A model generated the notes under the pieces. The model had not been told where the DNA came from. It saw only the letters and a list, made by a program, of their open reading frames with translations, and did no database searches. Position numbers and translations under genes: made by a program. Below, one piece after another: positions 40,542 through 48,386 of a stretch of 64,000 bases of DNA; position 1 is the stretch's first letter, and each line of letters starts with the position of its first letter. This DNA comes from Gammaproteobacteria bacterium (GTDB lineage Bacteria > Pseudomonadota > Gammaproteobacteria > Arenicellales > JAJDZL01), in NCBI GenBank assembly GCA_022823405.1, contig JAJDXD010000073.1, positions 7,430 to 71,429 of the forward strand, read 5' to 3'.

Positions 40542-40664
40542 ATGAGCGAAATCCAAGACCCAGGCACCACAACTAAAAATGTCAAAGTAGACCTGAAACA
40601 GTGTCGAGTGACAGACCAGACTGCATACAATATGCCGATACCATTTCAAATTTTCATATTTTGA
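40542..40664 (+). CDS. hypothetical 40-aa peptide ORF directly upstream of the dioxygenase (speculative)
   Basis: Own translation gives MSEIQDPGTTTKNVKVDLKQCRVTDQTAYNMPIPFQIFIF. GGGGA lies just upstream of the ATG, and an alternative ATG at 40524 would give 46 aa. The stop is 60 nt before the 40725 start. Confidence 0.2.
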   Translation: MSEIQDPGTTTKNVKVDLKQCRVTDQTAYNMPIPFQIFIF

Positions 40665-40724
40665 CCTTTGCCATAAAAGGAACTTAGCAACTGCAATTCT
40701 GTACTATGTTTTCAGGGGGTGATC

Positions 40725-41723
40725 ATGGAAGTTCTTGACCTGTCACACGAATGTAGCGCCCAAAAACTCCACCTTCCAGCAACTGGCGGATTTGCATGGA
40801 CCGGCGATAGCATCGATCCGAAATCTTGTATCGTTGCGATTAGAACCGCCGCGCGGAACGAATTGTTGCGGGTCGTTGACATCATGGAATCGAATCCACT
40901 GCCCACTCTGCTTAGACGTATGGAAGATTTTGAAATTCCACACACCCTACAGATGATGGCAGAAGTTAAGCGTCGACTTGATGAACCACCCGGGGTAGCC
41001 GTGATTAACAGTCTACCGCTAAATCAACTGAGCGAAGCGCAGGCAATCGATCTATTCTGGATAGTCGGTCAGAAAATCGGGCGAAATGTTGCGCAAAAGT
41101 GGGACGGAACGATGATTTACCACGTCCGAGACACAGGTGCAGAATATGGATATGGCGTACGCGGCTCCTATACCAGTGTTGAACTAGTGTTTCACAACGA
41201 TAACGCTTTCGGAATCGCCATGCCTCACTATGTAGGTCTGATGTGCTTAAGACCTTCAGCGCAAGGAGGCTTGAGCCGATTTTGCAGCCTCTACACTGTG
41301 CACAATCGAATGCTCGATAAATACCCGAAAGAACTTGATCGTCTTTACGAGCCTGTTTACTGGGACAGACAGGCAGAACACATTTCTGGTGCGCCACTAG
41401 TAGCAAAAGCACCTGTTTTCCGTTTTGATAAAGAACGCCTATGGACTCGAGCAAACCCGAGTCTCATCACGAAAGGCTATGAAGTGGCTGAAATCAAAAT
41501 GGATAGCGCAACGGAAGATGCAGTACTTGCCCTTAAAGAGGTTTCTGAAGATCCATCAATTTGGTTTGAGTTGCCGCTTGAAAGGGGGCACCTGCAGTAC
41601 ATCAATAACATTGACATCGCGCACTATCGCAGTGAGATAGTTGATGATCCAAATTCAGATAAAAAGCGCCATTTGGTTCGTACCTGGCATCGCGATACGG
41701 GTAAAGCCATCTACGACGGCTAA
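40725..41723 (+). CDS. TauD/TfdA (clavaminate synthase-like) Fe(II)/2-oxoglutarate dioxygenase
   Basis: About 332 aa. The facial-triad region ELVFHNDNAF followed by PHYVGLMCLR resembles the CAS-like amino acid hydroxylases, and a distal His is in IAHYRSE. The start is set at the ATG at 40725, which has AGGGGG 5-6 nt upstream. Confidence 0.75.
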   Translation: MEVLDLSHECSAQKLHLPATGGFAWTGDSIDPKSCIVAIRTAARNELLRVVDIMESNPLPTLLRRMEDFEIPHTLQMMAEVKRRLDEPPGVAVINSLPLNQLSEAQAIDLFWIVGQKIGRNVAQKWDGTMIYHVRDTGAEYGYGVRGSYTSVELVFHNDNAFGIAMPHYVGLMCLRPSAQGGLSRFCSLYTVHNRMLDKYPKELDRLYEPVYWDRQAEHISGAPLVAKAPVFRFDKERLWTRANPSLITKGYEVAEIKMDSATEDAVLALKEVSEDPSIWFELPLERGHLQYINNIDIAHYRSEIVDDPNSDKKRHLVRTWHRDTGKAIYDG

Positions 41724-41986
41724 CTGAATTCCATCATTCACGTCCTTGTCCATAACAAGTTCCGTGCGGAGAGTTACAACCCAACCAGCACAAATTCTGG
41801 TACCACCATGTTTTGTGTTCACAGACAGCTGCTCGCCTGTGACTAGTAGTTTTTCTGGGTAAATCACCGACCCCAAATTTCTGCGCTTTTTCTGGATTGA
41901 ACCGTTCGGAATGTTTCGATAGAAAGTCGAATTTTTCATTGACAAAGATTCGCGTAAAATTTTGAGTTATCACCTCGGTGCAATCA

Positions 41987-42724
41987 ATGACCAAACTAAG
42001 TATCAATCTGAACAAAATTGCATTGCTAAGAAATGCAAGAGGCATGAATTTCCCTAAGGTACTCGACTTTGCTGAGCTTTGTGTCAAATACGGTACCCAC
42101 GGCATAACCGTCCATCCGCGTCCAGATCAGCGTCATGCCACTTATCAGGACACTTTCGAGTTAGCAGAATTTTGTCAGGATTTTCCTGATGTTGAGTTTA
42201 ACGTTGAAGGTTATCCGACTACAGACTTTTTGGAAGTCGTAAAATCCGCCAAACCCGATCAGTGTACGTTAGTACCGGATGCGCCAGATCAAATCACCTC
42301 CGATCACGGTTGGAACACTCAGTCAGAAAACCATTTTCTTCGACCGCTACTTGCCGACCTCAGAGAACATGGCATTCGAACCAGTATTTTTCTTGACCCG
42401 GATCCATCTTTGATTCCGTCTGCAGCAGAAACCGGTGCCGACAGAATTGAACTCTACACAGAAGAATACGCCCAGACCTACAACACTGAAGATCACGAAC
42501 AGGTTTTTGAAAAATACCGAAAGGCTTCAGTCATTGCACAGGAGCATGGGCTTGGCGTCAATGCTGGCCACGATTTAAATCAAGAGAACTTAGGGAAGTT
42601 TCTGACTATCCCAGATGTTCTTGAAGTGTCTATCGGGCACGCTCTGACAGTTGAGGCTTTAATCCAGGGCTTTGAATCGACAGTTCGATCTTACGTATCA
42701 ATTGTGGAAAAGTCAGCGACCTAG
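41987..42724 (+). CDS. pdxJ: pyridoxine 5'-phosphate synthase
   Basis: MTKLSINLNKIALLRNARG ... HGITVHPRPDQRH is a typical PdxJ sequence. Confidence 0.9.
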   Translation: MTKLSINLNKIALLRNARGMNFPKVLDFAELCVKYGTHGITVHPRPDQRHATYQDTFELAEFCQDFPDVEFNVEGYPTTDFLEVVKSAKPDQCTLVPDAPDQITSDHGWNTQSENHFLRPLLADLREHGIRTSIFLDPDPSLIPSAAETGADRIELYTEEYAQTYNTEDHEQVFEKYRKASVIAQEHGLGVNAGHDLNQENLGKFLTIPDVLEVSIGHALTVEALIQGFESTVRSYVSIVEKSAT

Positions 42725-42755
42725 TGTTTGCGTCGCAAGGGGATTTCGATTTTGA

Positions 42756-42781
42756 CCATTCCAGTCGTCACGATGGAATGG
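42756..42781 (+). terminator. putative rho-independent terminator after pdxJ
   Basis: CCATTCC and GGAATGG form a 7-bp stem with a 12-nt loop, followed by CTTTCCTGATTTT. Confidence 0.4.
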
Positions 42782-42811
42782 CTTTCCTGATTTTCAGATA
42801 TTTAGCTGCGC

Positions 42812-43660
42812 CTACCCCTGGAAATCAACCACGTTCTGCACTTGCTCGCCTAATCCTTCCACCCCAAGCTTGACTTGATTACCCGGTCGGAGAAACACCG
42901 GTGGATTCAATCCAAATCCGACGCCTGATGGGGTGCCAGTCAGAATCAGGTCACCAGGCATCAGCGTCATGTACCGGCTCACGTAACTGACAATATGAGC
43001 CACCCCAAAAATCATGTCATCTGTTGAACCGTCTTGATATCGATTACCGTCTACATCGAGCCATAAGTGGAGATTCTGTGGATCGGGAATTTCATCGCGC
43101 GTGGCAAGAAAAGGCCCCAAAGGGCAGAAAGTGTCCGCACTCTTACCCTTCACCCATTGCCCGGTTCCCTCAATTTGAAATGCGCGTTCGGATACATCGT
43201 TCGCAACACAGTATCCGGCAATGTAGTCAAATGCCTCGCTTTCCTCGACATACCGTGCGACACGTCCAATAGCGACAGTCAATTCAACTTCCCAATCGGT
43301 CTTTTCACTGCCCATCGGCAACATTAAGTCGTCATTCGGCCCGACGATTGATGTCGTTGCCTTCATAAACAGGATAGGTTCTTCCGGGATCTTCAAACCC
43401 GCTTCTTCGGCGTGTAGACGATAGTTGAGACCTATGCAAACCAGCTTACCGACGTTCGCGACGGGCGGTCCAATTCTAGGCGCACCTTCAACACGACTCA
43501 AGTCGTCTAAGTTAAGACTTGCTAGTTTGTCCAGGTTATCGGGTGCCAATACCGATCCATCAATATCATGAACGTGTTCGGACAAATCTCGAATGTTGCC
43601 CTGCTGGTCAAAAATACCAGGTTTTTCCTGGCCTGCTTCGCCATAACGCACGAGTTTCAT
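42812..43660 (-). CDS. fumarylacetoacetate hydrolase family protein
   Basis: 282 aa with FAH-domain motifs (CIGLNY, EVELTVAIG, GDLILTGTPSGVG). Confidence 0.85.
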   Translation of the reverse strand: MKLVRYGEAGQEKPGIFDQQGNIRDLSEHVHDIDGSVLAPDNLDKLASLNLDDLSRVEGAPRIGPPVANVGKLVCIGLNYRLHAEEAGLKIPEEPILFMKATTSIVGPNDDLMLPMGSEKTDWEVELTVAIGRVARYVEESEAFDYIAGYCVANDVSERAFQIEGTGQWVKGKSADTFCPLGPFLATRDEIPDPQNLHLWLDVDGNRYQDGSTDDMIFGVAHIVSYVSRYMTLMPGDLILTGTPSGVGFGLNPPVFLRPGNQVKLGVEGLGEQVQNVVDFQG

Positions 43661-43725
43661 AAATATCTCCTAATGTAAATTCTTGGTGAAAAATTCTTGA
43701 TCTGCACCAATCCAAAACAATCCAA

Positions 43726-46044
43726 TCAATTCGCATTTTGAATTAAGCGCCATATGCTTTCTGAAGTCACTGGCATTTGCACCTCTTCGATTCCCAACGG
43801 CCGCAACGCATCAACTATGGCATTCATAATTGCTGCAGGCGCCCCCGTTATACCTAGCTCTCCAACACCTTTGGTTCCGAGTGGGTTTTCATCGGTTTCA
43901 ACAGGATTCCACAAACTCTCAAACATGGGCAAATCATCAGCCCTCGGCAGTGTGTAGTCCATGAAACTACCACTTAACAGCTGCCCTGTGGATTCATCAT
44001 AGTGCGCTTTTTCCAGTAGTGCGTGTCCAACACCTTGGGTAACTCCACCATGAATTTGTCCTTCACAAATCACTGGGTTGTAGATTTTGCCAGGATCGCT
44101 CACTGTTACAAATCGGCAGATGCGAACTGTACCCGTTTCAGCATCAACCTCAACTTCACAGGATTGAGCACCGCTGGCGAACATCCCTGCTTGAATAAAG
44201 TGTTCATGCTCGACCGTCAGTGGTTTGCCAGTTTCTTCGATGATCAATTTGGTAATTTCAAACAGACTGACCTGCCGATCAGTTCCAGAAACAGTAAACG
44301 ACCCATAAGCATATGCCAAGTCGTTCTCTGCAACTTCAAGATGCTGTGCCGCATACTCGCGTGCCTTTTTCAGTACTTTCTCAACGCCGAAATGAATTGC
44401 TGAACCTCCCATACGAAGAGATCGGGATGCGTGAGTGCCACTTCCAGTGCGAACCCGGTCCGTATCGCCATCGACTATCCGAATCCTGTCAAGTGGAAGT
44501 TGCAAACGACTCGCCAAGAGTTGTGCGAATACGGTTTCATGCCCGACGCCAATCGATTTGGTTCCGACTCTCGCCTCGACAACATCGCCAAGAACTGATA
44601 ATTCTGCAAACTCATTGGGTGAACCACCGACACTGTCGAGATAAACCGAATAACCCAACCCGCGATACATACCCTGCTGGGCGGAAACCCGCTTTCTAGT
44701 CTGATACTCATTCATATCGAGATACTCTAACAGCTTGTCAAAGTTAGCCGGATAGTTACCTGCAAAATACTGAGCACCACTTGGCGCTTTCCAAGGCATT
44801 TCACCTGCCTGGATCATATTTAATTTCCTGAAACGAACAGGATCTATACCCAATTCATAAGCGGCTTTATCAACAACTCGTTCCAGTGCAAAAGACGCTT
44901 CTGCTCGGGCTACCCCGCGAAAGGCCCCAATATTTGCTGTATTGGTAAACACACCTTTGATCTGAAAATTGCTGACTGGTATCCGATAAACGCCACAATT
45001 GACTAGGTGCATATAAGACGCGTGAAGCCAGATACTGCGTTGATTCAAGTAAGCTCCAAGCCGCCACGCGCTCACAAGTCGAATTGCAGTCATTTTGCCT
45101 TGATGATCAACTGCAAGTTTGGCAGTTAAGCGTTGATCCCTCGATTGAGAGTCGGTCAGAAAGCTTTCAGACCGTTCCAATGTGCATCGTACCGGTGTAC
45201 CTGTTTGCTGAGCAAGCCAAGCAAGTACCGCAAATTCGGGGTAGGGCGATGTACGCGCACCAAAGCCTCCTCCCGTATCTGGCGAGATGACCCTGACTTT
45301 TTCGGGCGGTTCATTCAGTATGTCGGCAATTCCCTTTTGGTGCCAATGAACTGACTGACTACCACAAATTACCTCGTATCGATCTGTTTCTTGGTCAAAC
45401 CGCGCAATGACAGCCCGCGGCTCTAAGAATGCAATGACGTGACGAGGATAGTCGACCGTTACCGAAACAACCTTGAAAGCTTTAGCAAAAGCATCATCAA
45501 CAGCCTGTGCATCTCCATATTCGGCGTCCACACAGAGATTACTCTCAAGTTCATCCCACACCAGTGGTGCCTCTGACTTCAGTGCCTGGTTGATATCAAC
45601 TACAACTTCAAGTGGTTCGTACTCCACATCGACCGTTTCAGCTGCATCCCGCGCAGCTAGGCTGCTATCTGCAACGACCACTGCGACCGGCTCCCCTACA
45701 ACACGAACCTTATCCCTGGCAAGTGGCCATCGCGACACAACGGGAAGTTGGCTACCATCTTTGTTAATGATTGGAAAGTCTGGGTTACGCGTCAGAGGAT
45801 CAATCGGCTTCAGACCAACTTTGGCTAGTGTTTCACCAGTCGCAATTTTGAGGACACCTGGCATTTTTGCCGCGTTGGAGGTGTCGATGGAATTAATGCG
45901 CGCATGGGCATATGGGCTACGCACAAAACAGGCGAACAATTCACCCTCAAAGTGCAAGTCATCCGTGAAGGAACCATTGCCAGTGAGCAATCGATCATCT
46001 TCAACACGCAATATTGGTTTGCCGATCAAATCTCCCATTTTCAA
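43726..46044 (-). CDS. molybdopterin-dependent hydroxylase large subunit (CoxL/aldehyde oxidase family), no adjacent Fe-S or FAD partners
   Basis: 772 aa with the N-terminal IGKPILRVEDDRLLTGNGSFTDD and the active-site-loop region GAFRGVARAE. The C-terminus is typical of the family. Confidence 0.8.
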   Translation of the reverse strand: MKMGDLIGKPILRVEDDRLLTGNGSFTDDLHFEGELFACFVRSPYAHARINSIDTSNAAKMPGVLKIATGETLAKVGLKPIDPLTRNPDFPIINKDGSQLPVVSRWPLARDKVRVVGEPVAVVVADSSLAARDAAETVDVEYEPLEVVVDINQALKSEAPLVWDELESNLCVDAEYGDAQAVDDAFAKAFKVVSVTVDYPRHVIAFLEPRAVIARFDQETDRYEVICGSQSVHWHQKGIADILNEPPEKVRVISPDTGGGFGARTSPYPEFAVLAWLAQQTGTPVRCTLERSESFLTDSQSRDQRLTAKLAVDHQGKMTAIRLVSAWRLGAYLNQRSIWLHASYMHLVNCGVYRIPVSNFQIKGVFTNTANIGAFRGVARAEASFALERVVDKAAYELGIDPVRFRKLNMIQAGEMPWKAPSGAQYFAGNYPANFDKLLEYLDMNEYQTRKRVSAQQGMYRGLGYSVYLDSVGGSPNEFAELSVLGDVVEARVGTKSIGVGHETVFAQLLASRLQLPLDRIRIVDGDTDRVRTGSGTHASRSLRMGGSAIHFGVEKVLKKAREYAAQHLEVAENDLAYAYGSFTVSGTDRQVSLFEITKLIIEETGKPLTVEHEHFIQAGMFASGAQSCEVEVDAETGTVRICRFVTVSDPGKIYNPVICEGQIHGGVTQGVGHALLEKAHYDESTGQLLSGSFMDYTLPRADDLPMFESLWNPVETDENPLGTKGVGELGITGAPAAIMNAIVDALRPLGIEEVQMPVTSESIWRLIQNAN

Positions 46045-46253
46045 AGTTCAACTGTCAGTTCGAAATTCTTACCAGTGTTTCCCAAATTGATTGTCGGCTC
46101 GTGCAAGTGGTGTGAAACTGAATTCGCTGAGAACTCAGCGCGACTTAACTGCAAATAATTCGCAGCTCAAAACGCTTGAATTCTGGTAATTACACACTAA
46201 CTATAAATGCCAAATACGACAAATCATGTTTTTCGGTAACATGGAGTACCTCG

Positions 46254-48158
46254 ATGTCAGAAGAAACAACAATAGACAAAATTGATTTTCAAGCTGAAGT
46301 CCAGCAACTACTGAACCTCGTTATTCACTCTTTGTACTCGGAACGGGAAGTATTCCTGCGAGAGTTGATTTCCAATGCTTCAGATGCCTGTGGACGACTT
46401 CGGTTCGAGTCTCTAACCAATCCCGACATGCTGGAGTCAGAACACACGCCAGCCGTTGAATTGGAAATTGCGAAGAGGCCCAAGACCATCACCATCCGAG
46501 ATAACGGCATTGGAATGACCCGCGAAGAGGTCGCAGAGAATATCGGAACGATTGCCCGGTCAGGCACCAAGAAATTTGTTGAGGCTCTCACTGGAGAACA
46601 GTCCGAAGATGCTAATCTGATCGGACAGTTTGGAGTCGGCTTCTATTCTGTGTTCATGGTTGCCGAAAGAGTCGTCATGAAAACTCGCAAAGCAGGTACT
46701 GCAAAGGATCAAGGTGTCGTTTGGGAGTCAGATGGAGTAAGTGGCTACACAATTGAAGATCAGTCAATTGAAAATCATGGCACTGAGATCATCATTACAC
46801 TGCGTAAGGATGCCAAAGAATTTTTAGATACAGGTCAGGTTTCAAGCGTCATTAAGAAGTATGCAGATCACATCTCTGTTCCAATTCGACTTCGAGCCGC
46901 TCCAACTGCCAAAAAAGAAGAAGAGTGGGAACTCGTAAACGACGGTTCAGCGCTCTGGACCCGGGCGCGCAAAGACATATCCGATGAGGAATATGACAAT
47001 TTCTATAAGTCACTCACCTTCGATTTTGAAAATCCGCTGCTAAGATTGCACAATCGTGTCGAGGGGCGACTGGAGTATTCCGCTCTAGTCTTTATTCCAG
47101 TTCATGCGCCATATGACCTGTGGGATGCCGACCGTCAGCGCGGTATCAAGCTCTATGTTCGACGCGTATTCATAGCGGATGACACAAAAAACCTGATGCC
47201 AAGCTACCTTCGGTTTGTACGTGGCGTTATCGACTCCGATGACCTGCCATTGAACATTTCACGGGAATTTCTTCAGAAGAACAAACAAGTCGAACGAATT
47301 CGCGCTGGTGTTGTCAAGAAAATACTTGGCGAACTCAAGCGCGTTGCCAAGAAGGACATTGAGAAATATCAGACCTTCTGGAAAGAGTTTGGTCGGGCGT
47401 TTAAAGAAGGAATTACAGAGGACGAGGACAACCGGCAGACAATTGCTGAATTGCTTCGATTCGCTACGACAAAGAGCGAAGGTGATGAACAGACCGAATC
47501 ATTGCAGCAATACATTGATCGCATGCATGAAAAACAGGATGCGATTTATTACATCACCGCTGACAGCCACGCTTCCGCTCAAGGCTCTCCACATCTTGAG
47601 GTTTTCAAAAAGCATAACATCGAAGTCATTCTGATGAGCGACCATATTGATGAGTGGGTAGTCATGCATTTGACCGAATTTCAAGACAAACCTCTGAAAT
47701 CAATTGCCAAAGGCGACCTTGAACTGGACTGGCTTGATTCCGAGGAAAAAGCTGAAGACCAGCCCGATGAAAAAGTGGAGGCACTGGTCGGCAAACTGAA
47801 AGATGTATTGGGCAGTCGAATTACTGATGTACGAGTCACATCCCGATTGACTGATTCACCGGCATGCCTGGTCGTTGGCGATTACGGACTCAGTCGTAAT
47901 TTAACGCGTATTCTGAAAGCCACCGGTCAGAGCTCGTACAACGTACCACCAATTATGGAAATCAATCCGAATCACCAGATTATTCGAAACTTGGTGGAAT
48001 CAGATGACAATCTGGATGACTGGGCACATGTCCTGTTTGATCAGGCTGTCTTGAGCGAAGGTTCTGCGCTGGATGATCCTGCCGATTATGTTCGACGGAT
48101 CAATACTCTGCTCTCAAGCGCTTCCGGCGAGAAAAGCCCAATCATAATTGCTCCGTAA
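46254..48158 (+). CDS. htpG: molecular chaperone HtpG (Hsp90)
   Basis: The start is set at MSEETTIDKIDFQAEVQQLLNLVIHSLYSEREVFLRELISNASDA, with GGAG upstream. The protein is full-length Hsp90 architecture. Confidence 0.92.
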   Translation: MSEETTIDKIDFQAEVQQLLNLVIHSLYSEREVFLRELISNASDACGRLRFESLTNPDMLESEHTPAVELEIAKRPKTITIRDNGIGMTREEVAENIGTIARSGTKKFVEALTGEQSEDANLIGQFGVGFYSVFMVAERVVMKTRKAGTAKDQGVVWESDGVSGYTIEDQSIENHGTEIIITLRKDAKEFLDTGQVSSVIKKYADHISVPIRLRAAPTAKKEEEWELVNDGSALWTRARKDISDEEYDNFYKSLTFDFENPLLRLHNRVEGRLEYSALVFIPVHAPYDLWDADRQRGIKLYVRRVFIADDTKNLMPSYLRFVRGVIDSDDLPLNISREFLQKNKQVERIRAGVVKKILGELKRVAKKDIEKYQTFWKEFGRAFKEGITEDEDNRQTIAELLRFATTKSEGDEQTESLQQYIDRMHEKQDAIYYITADSHASAQGSPHLEVFKKHNIEVILMSDHIDEWVVMHLTEFQDKPLKSIAKGDLELDWLDSEEKAEDQPDEKVEALVGKLKDVLGSRITDVRVTSRLTDSPACLVVGDYGLSRNLTRILKATGQSSYNVPPIMEINPNHQIIRNLVESDDNLDDWAHVLFDQAVLSEGSALDDPADYVRRINTLLSSASGEKSPIIIAP

Positions 48159-48163
48159 CATTT

Positions 48164-48184
48164 CCGGTCGACACTGTCGACCGG
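48164..48184 (+). terminator. hairpin immediately after the htpG stop
   Basis: CCGGTCGAC act GTCGACCGG forms a 9-bp perfect stem with a 3-nt loop. No U-tract follows. Confidence 0.35.
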
Positions 48185-48368
48185 ATGCATTCGAAGGAGA
48201 GTTCGACCGCTCCGGCTGATGGTGGGATTGCCGAATTTGAAGCACATCCACAAGCTGTCCGATGAGCAGCTAGTCATCGGACAGCTTGTAAATCCGTACT
48301 GGCTGTACTTTTGCGGCGAGAGTCATTATCAGATCGACTGTCCGATTGATTCAGGGTCGACCAGCTAG
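48183..48368 (+). pseudogene. relic of an IS5-family (DUF772 N-terminal domain) transposase gene
   Basis: Own translation gives GCIRRRVRPLRLMVGLPNLKHIHKLSDEQLVIGQLVNPYWLYFCGESHYQIDCPIDSGSTS*. From memory it matches the conserved RLMVGL..LKH...LSDE..V..WVENPYWQYFCGE....ELPIDPSS block of IS5-type transposases. Neither the DDE domain nor terminal repeats are present. Confidence 0.6.
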
Positions 48369-48386
48369 AGTAAGCGGAACAGACCA

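Noticed and set aside
40338-40649. 103-aa minus-strand ORF in the long gap
   Set aside because: Its composition is rich in Cys, His, Trp and Phe. It has no start context and no recognisable domain, and it looks like a chance ORF.
40240-40700. Possibility that the gap encodes RNase P RNA, tmRNA, 4.5S/SRP RNA, 6S RNA, or a cobalamin or TPP riboswitch
   Set aside because: I checked both strands by eye for the hallmark motifs and found none. These were GGAAAGUCCGGGCUC and ACAGAACCCGGCUUA for RNase P, a tRNA-like GGUUCGA...CCACCA end for tmRNA, the GGAAGCAGCC SRP motif, the B12 box GCCACUG, and the CUGAGA...ACCUGAUCUGGAUAAUGCCAGCG TPP core. The nearest resemblance (GGAAGUCAGGUCUGAAG) is too weak.
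48156-48368. The transposase relic is in the same reading frame as htpG, suggesting stop-codon readthrough or a fusion
   Set aside because: A shared frame has a one-in-three chance. A strong hairpin follows the TAA, and the HtpG C-terminus is complete at the stop. There is nothing to suggest recoding.
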